Source: Octopus vulgaris (lineage: Eukaryota). Taken from it: a stretch of DNA of 64,000 nt. Below are positions 14,563 through 27,876 of this stretch, piece after piece. Where the stretch lies: positions 43,586,001 to 43,650,000 of the forward strand of contig OX597828.1 of the NCBI GenBank assembly GCA_951406725.2. Reading direction: 5' to 3'. The first letter of the stretch is position 1. Each line of letters starts with the position of its first letter. The translations under genes and the position numbers were made by a program. The notes beneath the pieces were generated by a model. The model had not been told where the DNA came from, ran no database searches, and saw nothing but the letters and a program-made list of their open reading frames with translations.

Positions 14563-14729
14563 GACGGGCTTCTTTCAGTTTCCGTCTACCAAATCCACTC
14601 ACAAGGCTTTGGTCGGCCCGAGGCTATAGTAGAAGACACCTGCCCAAGGTGCCACGCAGAGGGACTGAACCCGGAACCCGGAACCATGTGGTTGGTAAAC
14701 AAGCCACTTACCACACAGCCACTCCTGCG

Positions 14730-14730
<1 letters not shown>
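14280..14730 (-). mobile_element. tRNA-derived SINE family A, full length
   Basis: Minus strand: A box TGGCTGTGTGG, B box GGTTCAGTCCC, CORE-like CCTTGGGCAGGTG, internal (TA)/(TG) microsatellite, tail CAGCATGGCCGCAGTC..GAAACAAG. Many homologs in the window. Confidence 0.88.
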
Positions 14731-14805
<75 letters not shown>

Positions 14806-15744
14806 ACATATGCGTATATATGTAGATATATATACGTACATACATATGTTACTTAAGACAGTTTGATTCGGCTCTATGCAACTTAAGGTTTCGTTGACCC
14901 CTTACGAAAACTAAGCTCGCTGGTGACCTTTGGTTTCTATAAAAAGTCTATGAAACTTTAATTTGCAAGGGGCCGAATTAAAGTGTTTTAAATAATAGTA
15001 TATGTAGCTCCTACTATATGTGTTTCGTACGTTATTTTGTGTGTTTTATCCACACACCTATATATATATATACGTAACATATGGTATAATTTTAAAGAGG
15101 GCAAATTTTAGCCATCTCTCCGTAGTCTGGAAAAAACGATGAATAACCTTAATCGATTTCAGAAGATTATTGAGTTCTCATCAGAGGCGTCTACATCATT
15201 TTGACAATCTCCAGAGAAACAAGCAACCAAACTGTTTTTATACTCAACAAATGCAGCAGTTACTCTATGAAGGAATCCCTATTTTGCATACCGAAAGTGT
15301 TTAACACTATAATTACCAGCGGCCTGTCAATGGGGATCTCAGTCCACACAGTATCAAGGTATGATATAATATATACGTAACATATGGTATAATTATATAT
15401 ACATATATAAATACATGTATGTATACGTGCGTGTGTGCACGTACGCGTGTAATGCATAATTTTGATAAGACCTCTAAAATTAATGAGAAGACTGGCGCAT
15501 GTTTCCATCAAATCAGAGATTTTAATAGTTTTTCTTTTCGAAATTTTTGCAAAACAGTAAACTTTGTTAAGAGTATGAGTAAGCGTGTAGATGGTGTGAA
15601 AAAGGAAATGGATTAAGGCTGCTGGTTAAGAAACGATTTCGCCAATCGGCTCCCTTATTTCGATTCGGTCTACACATCAGAAGGCTGTAGTTTATGTGAG
15701 GTCATTATGAAAGATACTTGCTCAATGTACTTACTTGTACTTGT

Positions 15745-16120
15745 GGCGACATTCACCCCGGGCGGGTTGAGTCGGCTTCTTCTACCACCCTCGAGGCATC
15801 TCGAACCATGGCAGTGGAAGAAGTTTCGTGGAAATATGAATTTCACAAGCGGTCCCCAACAATCCTGCATGTAGAGACATCCTGTTTGCCGCAGATTGTC
15901 CGCAGACGCAGAGACAGAACGACCGAGGAGCCGCCGGTTGCCGAAACAAACGCTCCGAGGATTTTCACCAGAGCCCCGTCTGCCGGGTTGTGGCCCTAAT
16001 ACCACTCGGTGTCAGACCAATCCGCCTTGGGTGGCCCTACCAGGAACCGAAGTTCCCGACGGCATAGCTCTGATACTACCCGTTGCCAGCGCCCCCACCA
16101 CGGTGAGGAGGGGATGGACT
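15745..16120 (-). mobile_element. Isolated 5' end of an RTE/BovB-type LINE
   Basis: GC-rich island. The minus strand reads CCGTGGTGGGGGCG...GAGCTATGCCGTCGGGAACTTCGGTTCCTGGTAGGGCCACCCAAGGCGGATTGGTC, resembling the BovB/Rex3-type 5' leader as I recall it. Confidence 0.6.
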
Positions 16121-16319
16121 TTGGGGACGCAATGTGCCTTGCATGAAAATAAAAAGTAATGTCAAACTCTCAACCACACAACTGCACTTGTACGTATGTG
16201 CAGCAAATCCCGAAAAAAAAAGTGAAACGCGAAATGAACTTCAGTAGAACTTGATTTGAAGACGTAATGGATCGGAAGAAATGTGCTGACAATTCTGCTA
16301 GCCAGACTCATGAAAACAT

Positions 16320-16419
16320 TCATTGCGTGGCACCTTGGGCAGGTCTCGTCTACTATAGCCTTCAGCCGACCAAAGCCTTGTGAATGGATTTGGTAGACGG
16401 AAACTTAGAAAAGCGCGTC

Positions 16420-16469
<50 letters not shown>

Positions 16470-16920
16470 TGTACATTTAAACGCATAAGAGGCATCCATC
16501 ATAGGATTCCTTGCACGCTAGAGAGGACAGTTAAATTCCGAACCACTATTAGGGATAAACTTCCTAAGGGAATGAAAAATAAAAATATTTACTATCTAAC
16601 TCCAGGACCAATGTTTTCAGACTATTTTTAGCAAATAAAATAATTTGCTAGGCGAAGTCTTCTTCATCAGGTACACCTTAGATTAAATATATATACACGA
16701 GGCAATATATATATATATATATATATATGTTTATGTGTCTTTTTGTCTCCCCAACATCGATTGAAAACCGATGCTAAGTGTGTTTAATTAACTTAGCTGT
16801 TCGGCAAAAGAGACAGATATGATGAGTACTAGGCTTACAAAGAATACGTTCTGGTGTTGATTTGCCCCCGACTAAAGGCGCTGCTCCAGAATGGCTGCAG
16901 TCAAATGACTGAAATAATTA
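16320..16920 (+). mobile_element. SINE family A split by a Penelope-like insertion
   Basis: Core at 16320-16422 and tail at 16735-16920 flank an insert at ~16468-16705. Confidence 0.7.
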
Positions 16921-17552
16921 CAAAGGATAAAAATAAGAATAAATAAATAAAATAAAAGCAAAAAAAAAGAAGAAAAAGAAGAAAAGTAAATCACACATAA
17001 TATTTGTAAGGAAATATTATCCGTGCATCAATGTATACTTCAGGCGCCACTTAACAAAGGTTTATCTCAGGTATGCATAAGAAAATTTAAAAAAAAAGCG
17101 ATCTATATTTCGTCACGTATACTTTCAAAAACTCGATCTATTTTGTGTGAGAAACTAAGACAGCATATTCCCATAGGGTAATTAGCATAAACTATTCATT
17201 GTCCTGGGAAAAATCAACACAATATTAACGTATAACTGATGAAGCATTATTTGATATTTGTTTCTATAATGATTGCGTAAAAAATATTACGGAGTAGCCG
17301 CAATTCTGCGCCGGTATTGCAATTATTGATCGAGTTTCTATACCCAACCAGTGTAATAATGTTTGGATGTCCTTAACGTCAGGTTTACGAAAACTAGGCC
17401 CATGCTCTGTAACGATCCTATATCTTGTTACTACTAGCAAAATAACTTAAACAAACATATATTCATGACCATCTTAAATTGGGAGAATAAGAGGTGTCCT
17501 ATATTTTAGACGTATAACCACTGTCTTAAGAGTGGCATCAGGTCGTTCAGGG

Positions 17553-17612
<60 letters not shown>

Positions 17613-17663
17613 TATAATATATAGATATATATGTATGTATGTATGTATGTATATATATATGTA

Positions 17664-17696
<33 letters not shown>

Positions 17697-17719
17697 GTGT
17701 GTATGTATTTTTTTACATG

Positions 17720-17915
17720 TGTCTGTGTTTGTACCCTCACCATCCATTGACAACCGATGTTGGTGTGCTTACGTCTCTGTAACTTAGTGGTTCAGCACAA
17801 AAAAGGCCGATAGAATAAGTACTAGGCTTACAAAGAATATGTCTTGGGATCGATTTGCTCGACTAAAAGCAGTGCCCCAGCATGCCCTCAGTGAAATGAC
17901 TAAAACAAGTAAAAT
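17720..17915 (+). mobile_element. SINE family A, 3' half
   Basis: ttgacaaccgatg...cagcatg...atgactaaaacaagtaaaa. Similar partial copies at 3712-3941(-), 5985-6135(+), 26920-27125(-) and 45895-46080(-). Confidence 0.8.
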
Positions 17916-17971
17916 TATAAAAGTATAAAAATGATATATACATATACACACACAGACACACAGACACACAG

Positions 17972-18004
<33 letters not shown>

Positions 18005-18019
18005 CATACATATATATAA

Positions 18020-19945
18020 ATATCCCACGAGGATAAATGAATGCTGAACGAACAGTTCCAAAGTGTGTTCACTACACCTCTAGGACACAGGCAAGTAAAC
18101 AACCCAGAAGAATTCTTTGCCACTTTACCTGCGGCCAAAGAGGCAAAAATTGAGTACATCAACATTGAAGATGATGATATCACACTGGCCATAGATGAGA
18201 TTGTCACACACTCAGCTGCTGGACCTGATGGATTTCCAGCGATCCTTCTCAAATCGTGCAAACGAGCCCTTGCAAAACCGCTATAGCTTCTTTTTCAGAG
18301 CTTTCTTGCAAGTGGTAAGCTCCCAGTCAAATTGAAAGAGGGGGTAATATGCCCTATCCATAAGGGAGGTAGCAGAGCAGATGCTAAAAATTATAGGCCT
18401 ATCTCTCTGACCTCACACAGCAAAGTCATGGAACGAATAGTCCACAAGAAACTAATCATGTTCCTTGAAGAAAATGACTTGCTGACTAACACCCAGCATG
18501 GATTTCGACCAGGTTGAAGCTGCCTAACACAGCTCCTTCAACACTATGACTGGGTGTTAAAACAGCTACTAAATGGCTCAAATGTAGATGTGATATATCT
18601 CGACTTTGCAAAAGCCTTTGATAAAGTCGACCATGGTATGATCTGTCACAAACTGCGTGGTCTCGGCATAGGCGGAAAACTTGGAGAGTGGCTGCACAAC
18701 TTCTTAAAAGATAGAAGACAGGCAGTTGTGACCAATGGAGCCACCTCCAAGGAAACACAAATAACAAGCGGTGTTCCACAGGGCACTGTCTTGGGGCCAC
18801 TGCTGTTCATAGTGGCCCTTTCAGACATGCCCTCAGTTGCTAAGATGGCCACCCTTGCTAGCTATGCAGATGACACAAAAGTCTCCCACACAATACAAAA
18901 CCCTGAAAATATTGCACATCTGCAACAGGAGTTGGATACAATATACAGGTGGGCTGAGGACAACAACATGCAGTTTAATGCAGGTAAGTTCCAGGCCCTG
19001 CGCTACCGGCACACAAAGGTAAACGACATGCAGACTGGATACACTGGCCCGGGAAGAATTGCAATCCCTGAGTCAAAATCAGTGCGTGACCTGGGCATTG
19101 ACATGAGCAATGATGCATCTTTCCAAGTTCATATTACTAATCTGGTGATAAAATGCAGACGGCTAGCTGGATGGATTCTCCGAACTTTCAGAACAAGAGA
19201 GAAGGAGACACTGATGGTCCTCTGGAAAACTTTCGTCCTCAGCCGCTTGGACTACTGCTCCCAACTATGGTCACCACACAATATAAAACTAACAGCAGAA
19301 CTCGAAGCAATTCAAAGAAGCTACACAAGGAAGATCGTCTCAATGCAAAATATCAGCTACTGGGAAACACTGAAAGTATTAAACCTCTTCTCCCTAGAGC
19401 GAAGGCGGGAGAGATATGCGGTGATATACATCTGGAAAATCCTGGAGGGTCTTGTCCCAAACTTTGGCATTCAAAGTTACCCCAACCGCAGAACGGGGCG
19501 CCACTGCATGGTGCCAAAGATTCCAACATCACCATCAAAATACAGGACCAGATACTGCAACAGCTTGGGTTTCAGAGGAGCACAGCTCTTTAACATCCTC
19601 CCTAAATGCCTGAGAGACTTGCATGGTGTGGATGTGGGTTTCTTTAAAACTAAACTGGATCTCTTCTTGTCGGGAGTCCCGGATGAACCTACCTCACGAC
19701 AGGAGACACAGATGCGGGCAGCAGCATCGAACTCCCTTGTTGACCAAGTTGATCAGAGGTGGATTTACAAGTGCCACGTATCAGAGGTGAATTTAGTTCG
19801 AGCGGAAATTAGCCAAAAGGGTATGCTCCCACTTTCAGTGTTCCCAAATCCGTGTAGCTGCTCGATTTGATTCTAGCGTACGTGGTGCCCCATACCATGG
19901 CCGCGGCCTTCGGGCTAAAACATTTTTAAGGATTTAACCCTCAAT
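18020..19945 (+). mobile_element. 5'-truncated CR1-like non-LTR retrotransposon (LINE): ORF2 reverse transcriptase region plus 3' UTR
   Basis: ORFs 18041-18286, 18332-18517 and 18554-19870 share one frame, broken by TAG (18284) and TGA (18515). Motifs AGPDG, NYRPISLTS, QHGFRPG, YLDFAKAFDKVDH, GVPQGTVLGPLLF, YADD, RDLG, LDYCSQLWSP and LFSLERRRER are typical of CR1-group RT. Flanked by TA tracts. Confidence 0.93.
18041..19870 (+). pseudogene. LINE ORF2 reverse transcriptase pseudogene (two in-frame nonsense codons, no endonuclease domain)
   Basis: Same-frame ORF segments carrying the RT catalytic YADD motif; the APE domain is lost by 5' truncation. Confidence 0.9.
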
Positions 19946-19948
19946 TGG

Positions 19949-20014
<66 letters not shown>

Positions 20015-20300
20015 GTTTATGTGAGAAAGAAATCATAATGCTCGTGGCGACCTCTGGCGTAAATCTGCACGAAATCTCATATTCATTATGACAGTTATAT
20101 TCAATTTTATTTCTTAGTAATGGTTTCCTGAATCTGGTTACGTTGTAAGTTCAAATCGTGCTGGCGTCAAACTTGGTAGTTCATCATTCCGGGGACGTTA
20201 AGATAATTCTCGTAATCATCGTACTTGCATCGATTTAACCTGCTAAACTCTTTTCACTTTTCTAGATATCCTAATTTATAGCAGCAGCAGCGCCACCACC

Positions 20301-20332
<32 letters not shown>

Positions 20333-20544
20333 CAACATTGCTACTACTATCAGAAGTAGAAGTAGGAGGAGGAGGAGGTAGACGAGTAATTCAATTTAAC
20401 GCATTTGTTACGTATATTAATTTATTCAAACATGGCGACAAAATAAAACACACAAACTTTGTGTGTATATAAAACACACAAACTTTGTGTGTATATAAAA
20501 CAATATTCACTATTTTCTCTTCTTGTGTATGTGTGTGAGTGTGA

Positions 20545-20586
<42 letters not shown>

Positions 20587-21031
20587 TGACGACGTTAGTT
20601 TTTAACTTATTGTTATGCAGTATCTCTTTTCGTACATATTTTAAATACACAACTAACACAAAAAACAACAACAAAATCAGTAAAAATAAAGAGTAAAAAC
20701 AATATAACAAATAAACAATAACAACCACAGTGATTACAATAAGAACAAAAGATCAAATGAACAAGATTGTGTCCTGCCTTGTCTTGCCTGACACGGCCTT
20801 TAAGAAGGTTCTCGGTGGATGTAATGGACGCAAATAATGGCGAGGATTCACGACGCCATAGCATGAGAAAGAGCGACTTGTTAGAATAAACTGCTTCTTT
20901 GTTTAGTGCAGCACTCCCTGTACGGCCAGGGCTGTGTATGATAAATGCACTACCTATGCATTATGCATGTGTACTTATACACACACACACACACACACAC
21001 ACACATATTTTTATGTTCAGATTTGAGTACG

Positions 21032-21114
<83 letters not shown>

Positions 21115-21284
21115 GTCTGTCTGTCTGTCTGTCTGTATATATATATATATATCAGTATATGTTTCTCAAAGCTTATATGTATGTTTAAAATGTGTTGTGC
21201 ATATATATCTGTGTGTGTATATATATAAATAGAAAGATAGATACTTAAAATAGTTATAAATTATATGTATACATGCACAAAGAC

Positions 21285-21358
<74 letters not shown>

Positions 21359-21548
21359 TAGATAGATAGATATTTATATTTATATATATCGCATACAAGA
21401 ACACGTACTAATAGGCTACGAAATAAGGACATATATGTATATATATATAAGTATATGTATACAAATATTAGCATTAAATGAAAGATAGACAGAGATATTA
21501 CACACAGATATACAGAATGTGGGAAAGAGAAAGAGAGGATGGGAATGG

Positions 21549-21580
<32 letters not shown>

Positions 21581-21890
21581 GAGAGAGAAGGAGTAATTAC
21601 AAATTACCTTTTATCGCGTATTATATCTGAATTTTTTTTTTTACAATTGCTACATATTTTTTATCCGTCTTTTGTCGGTACCGTACGCTAAGGTACACCC
21701 TATTTACGTAATTTTATTGAAGCGCTCAGGATCAAAGTATTGTCAAGAAGGAAACATTACTTTATACTATAAAGCATAACCCTCATTTGAATGTATCTTG
21801 TGTAACTATTTATATTGCTATCGCTTTAATTCCATGTCACTTGGATAACTTTCTAAATGTCTATCTGCCTCAATTTCCATTACTCTCTGC

Positions 21891-21921
<31 letters not shown>

Positions 21922-21922
21922 C

Positions 21923-22003
<81 letters not shown>

Positions 22004-22253
22004 TACGAGCGTACCCACGCACAGACAGAACAGAGAGAGTGAAATCAAACAATGATAAATCTCAGAGCGAGTTATAAACAGTAGCAGCAACACATAGAGC
22101 ACAGAAAGTGTGTCTATAGCCAGCTGGAGGAGGTGTCCTCCTGTGGCTACAAACTACAGTAGCATTCACCCTTAGGGGTTAACCATATTCAAATGGCAAA
22201 TATACGTCACGATGTGTTGCAGCTACTGTTTATAACTCGCTCTGAGATTTATC

Positions 22254-22311
<58 letters not shown>

Positions 22312-22467
22312 GGAGTAAACACATAAATATGAAACAAGGTGGAAAAAAGAGTACTCAAATACCAGGAGTAGAGTAATATGCTTTATTTAAAAGCAGCAGA
22401 AAATTCAACAAAACCTGTTACTCTGAGTTTCAAGTTCCCGTTCGTCTATATATATATATATATATAT

Positions 22468-23074
<607 letters not shown>

Positions 23075-23699
23075 TTGTGTGTGTGTGTATACACACAAAC
23101 ATACGTATATATACATAGATTGTGTGTGTCACGAAGTTTCAAGTAAAACGAACAACACGAATATACGATACCGCGATAATTACCGTCAAGCATATTAAAA
23201 TGACCAGGTAAAGTTACCTGCACATAATTTGCATTCGCCGCGTCGGAAGGATTAATGTTAGCAGTGGATTACACTTATTTATTTGGCGTTGTCGTGGCGT
23301 CACCGTATCAAAGCGTGCATGAAACTCTGACTGCATTATTTACGTAAACCGTTGGGTTTGATGAATTATAGCAAGTCTTTTTACAAACTCGTCTAGACAC
23401 TAGATGTACCGTCTTACATTTCATACGAAGTTTTTTTCATTTTTCTTACTTTCGTTATAAAGGAAACGTTTTAACGTTTTCACATAAGTACGCATGGCAT
23501 TGTGATATATATATGATGAATGCGTCGTCAATTACTCTTTTTTTTTAATATTTTCTATTATACATTTTATATTATGGTAAAACATATATTACTTTCAGAA
23601 CATTCGTATATGTATACACATATGTACACACATTCATACATCTTTATATGAGCATTTGTATGAATATGTTTACATATGTACATCCATAAACATACACAC

Positions 23700-23989
<290 letters not shown>

Positions 23990-24019
23990 TGTGTGTGTGT
24001 GTGTGTACATGTACATACA

Positions 24020-24182
24020 GGTGCAAGAGTGGCTGTGTGGTAAGAAGCTTGCTTCCCAACCACATGGTTCCGGGTTCGGTTTCACCGCATGACGCCTTGA
24101 GCAAGTGTCTTCTATAGCCTCAGGCCAACCAAAGCCTAGTGAGTGGATTTGGTAGACTGAAACTGAAAGAAGCCCTTCGTAT
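24020..24182 (+). mobile_element. SINE family A, 5' half
   Basis: A box tggctgtgtgg, B box ggttcggtttc, core ccttgagcaagtgtctt. Other head fragments at 55087-55200(+), 63575-63720(-) and 63926-64000(+). Confidence 0.8.
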
Positions 24183-24487
24183 GTGTGTGTTTCTACTCCA
24201 ACCGTCGATTAGGAAAATCCATTGAAATAGCGGTGCAAACAGATTGCCTTCCTCATTTTTATCTATATGCAGAAAACACGAGTTCTATAATCGTCCTTGT
24301 TCTTCATCTATTATGCCACTATGGTGGATTAGTTATACATCTTTTACCTGGTCTACGTCATATATTTGTCAGGTGGAACAAACACCTACTAAGTTAGCTG
24401 GTTGTCAGGACCTATGAGAGCGAGGTCCAGGCGATATACACTGAACTGCAAAAGAAACGCGAGACATGTGTGACTCTCTTTATTTAT

Positions 24488-24884
24488 CTCTTTTACTTGT
24501 TTCAGTCATTTGACTGTGGCCATGCTGGAGCACCGCCTTTAGTCGAGCAAATCGACCCCAGGACTTATTCTTCGGAAACCTAGTACTTATTCTATCGGTC
24601 TCTTTTGCCGAACCGCTAAGTTACGGGGACGTAAATACACCAGCATCGGTTGTCAAGCGATGTTGGGGTAACAAACACAGACGAACAAACATATACACAC
24701 AAATATCTAGATCTATATATACGTCGGGCTTCTTTCAATCTCCGTCTACCAAATCCACTCACGAAGCTTTAGTCGGCCCGAGGCTATAGGAAAAGACACT
24801 TCCCCAAGGTGCCACGCAGTGGGACTGAACCTGGAACCGTGTGGTTGGTAAGCAAGCTACTTGCCACACAGCCACTCCTACGCC
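24488..24884 (-). mobile_element. SINE family A, full length
   Basis: Colinear with 14280-14730 and 27411-27818. Confidence 0.9.
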
Positions 24885-25279
24885 TATATATGTGAAATAT
24901 GTTTTAATTTCATTATATCATAGATAAATTTTCATAAATCTGACAAAGGTAATATCTTGGATACACTTTGACCACAGTCCATGGGTTGTCGTCATGTGTC
25001 CAGGTAGTGGGCGGATCCAGCACATCGAGAATGTAGGGTGCGACAAGTTCAATAACGTGTATACCATCCCTAGGTGTTGAAAACGGTAATACACCATCCA
25101 TACATGAAGTGCATGAGGCGATTGACAAAAGCCATTGGCACTTGTGCTAACACCCTGAAGAAAGCTGTAGTGTGAAACAATATCTTTCTGCCCCGTAAAG
25201 TTTCCTACAATTGTCCAAGCCATAACAAAGAAGCAACAGCACTGGAACTTTAATTTGTTTTTAGCGGCCTGAAAGAATA

Positions 25280-25679
25280 TTTTCTACACTAGGCACAACG
25301 TCCGAAATTTTGGGGGAGGGGGCTAGTCGATTAGATCGACCCAGTACGCAACTGGTACTACTTTTATCGACCCCGGAAGGAAGAAAAGCAAAGTCGACCT
25401 CGGCGGAATTTGAAATCAGAACATGAGGACAGATGAAATACCTATTTATATTTCGTTACTACCCACAAGGGGCTAAACACAGAGGGGACGAACAAGGACA
25501 GACAAACGGATTGAGTCGATTACATCGACCCCAGTGCATAACTGGTACTTATTTAATCAACCCCGAAAGGACGGAAGGCAAAGTCGACGTCGGTGGAATT
25601 TGAACTCAGAAAGTAACGGCAGACGAAATACGGCTGCGCATTTCGCCTGGCGTGCTAACGTTTCTGCCAGCTCGCCGCC
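25280..25679 (-). mobile_element. SINE family B dimer
   Basis: One head and two bodies; junction near 25441 (gaaatac|ctattt). Confidence 0.85.
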
Positions 25680-26137
25680 TTACATCATATAGCTATTAAA
25701 CATGTCATACTGAATTTTCTTAGATTGTTGACTTCTTGCCACGTGACGTGTCGTCTGCTCTTTCGTTTAGTTATGCATTACATAATAGTGATCCTATCTC
25801 CTTTCAATATCTCAATTTATATCGCATTTTTGTCTTTCCTTCTCCAGCTGCCTTTTAGGAACGCTAATTAGAGTCTCAAACACCTTTTCTCTTTCTCTAT
25901 TTATCTTTTTTCTTTCTCTTTCTTTCTCTCTTTCTCGTTCTCTTTCTATCTCTTTTTTTTTAAATTTCTCAATCATTCGTGCCTTTGTGCTTATTTCCTA
26001 CAGCCGTTTCACATAATTCTTTTTCTTTCCACTTATTTGTTTATCTCGTAAAATTTATATTTGTATATTTTGTTTATTTTCATGGACACTTTCTGTTTTC
26101 ATAAGGCGGTACCTGAAAAAACTAGAAACCATATCGA

Positions 26138-26286
<149 letters not shown>

Positions 26287-26320
26287 AGCACAAATCTATA
26301 CTGCTGATATATGTATACTT

Positions 26321-26550
26321 ATTTCTTTATTACCCACAAGGGGCTAAACATAGAGGGTACAAATATGGACAGACATAGGTATTAAGTCGATTATATCGAC
26401 CCCAGTGCTTAACTGGTACTTAATTTATCGACCCCGAAAGTATGAAAGGCAAAGTCGACCTCGGTGGAATTTGAACTCACAACGTAACGGCAGCCGAAAT
26501 ACCGCTAAGCATTTCGCCCGACGTGCTAACGATTCTGCTAGCTCGCCGCC
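26321..26550 (-). mobile_element. tRNA-derived SINE family B monomer with 15 bp TSD
   Basis: Head GGCGGCGAGCTAGCAGAATCGTTAGC, B box GAGTTCAAATTC, body GCCTTTCAT..TTCGGGGTCGATAAA. TSD tgatatatgtatact at 26305-26319 and 26552-26566. Confidence 0.9.
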
Positions 26551-27410
26551 TTGATATATGTATACTATGTAAGTATGTGTGTCGGGTGTGTCTGTGTGTT
26601 TTTATGTGTGTCTAGGTATACTCATAAAGAGACGGTGGCACATATCACTGGTTCAAGCAAAATTTCTTGAAGATTTCTTGTGCGGCAAAAATGAGTGAAA
26701 CCTGTATTTCAAAGGACCAGCCTTGTCACACTCTGTGTGACGCTGAATCTCCGTGAGAACTACGTTAAATGTACACGTGTCTGTGGAGTGCTCAGCCACT
26801 TGCACGTCAGTTTCACGAGCAAGGTGTTCCATTGATCGTATCAGATGGGACCCTCGTCGACGTAACCGATGGAGAGCTCCTATTATATGCACATATACAT
26901 ATATATACATATATATACCCCTTTATTTGTTTAAGGTTTCTGACTGCGACCATGGTGGAGCACCGCTTTTAGTCGAACAAATCGATCCTAGGATTCATTG
27001 TTTGTAAGCCTAGTATTTATTCTAGTGTTACTTTTGCCGAACTGCTATGTTACGGCGACGTAAACACACCAGCATCGGTTGTCAAGCGATGGTGGAGAGG
27101 GATGAACAAAGACACACAAATATACACACACACACACATACATATACATATGTATATATGCATATGTCTATATATACATTATGTATAAATATATATGCAC
27201 TTGTAGGTTTGTACGTGTGTGTATGCGTCTATGTGTGTGTGCGTGTGACCACGCGCACGTGTGTATTTCACTGATTTAATCAGAACCAAGCCGGAGTCAA
27301 AACATGGCTTCTGGCTGACTACGACTTTGAACGCATACTAGGGATGTATATTTTACAAACTATGTATTAATTAATTAATTAATTCATCAGTTTTTCTCTT
27401 TTTTTTCTCT

Positions 27411-27818
27411 CTCTTTTACTTGTTTCAGTCATTTGACTGCGGCCATGCTGGAGCACCGCCTTTAGTCGAGCAACTCGACCCCATGACTTATTCTTTTGTA
27501 AGTCCAGTACTTATTCTATCGGTCTCTTTTGCCGAACCGCTAAGTGACGGGGACGTAAACACACCAGCTTCGGTTGTCAAGCAATGCTAGGGGGACAAAC
27601 ACAGACACACAAACATATACACACACACATATAAACATATATATATACATATATACGACAGGCTTCTTTCAGTTTCCGTCTACCAAATCCACTCACAAGG
27701 CTTTGGTCGGCCCGAGGCTATAGTAGAAGACACTTGCCCAAGGTGCCACGCAGTGGGACTGAACCCGGAACCATGCGGTTCGTAAGCAAGCTACTTACCA
27801 CACAGCCACTCCTACGCC
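27411..27818 (-). mobile_element. SINE family A, full length
   Basis: Intact A/B boxes, core and tail. Confidence 0.9.
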
Positions 27819-27876
27819 TATTAATTAATAAATAATAATGATAATAATAATAATAAAAATAATAATAACAATAATT

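Noticed and set aside
20740-20940. GC-richer unique segment as a possible exon
   Set aside because: No recognisable peptide in the frames I read and no clear splice sites.
24913-25223. ORFs of 71 and 101 aa on the minus strand
   Set aside because: No recognisable domain; the plus strand only faintly resembles a decayed RLE-type LINE end, too weak to call.
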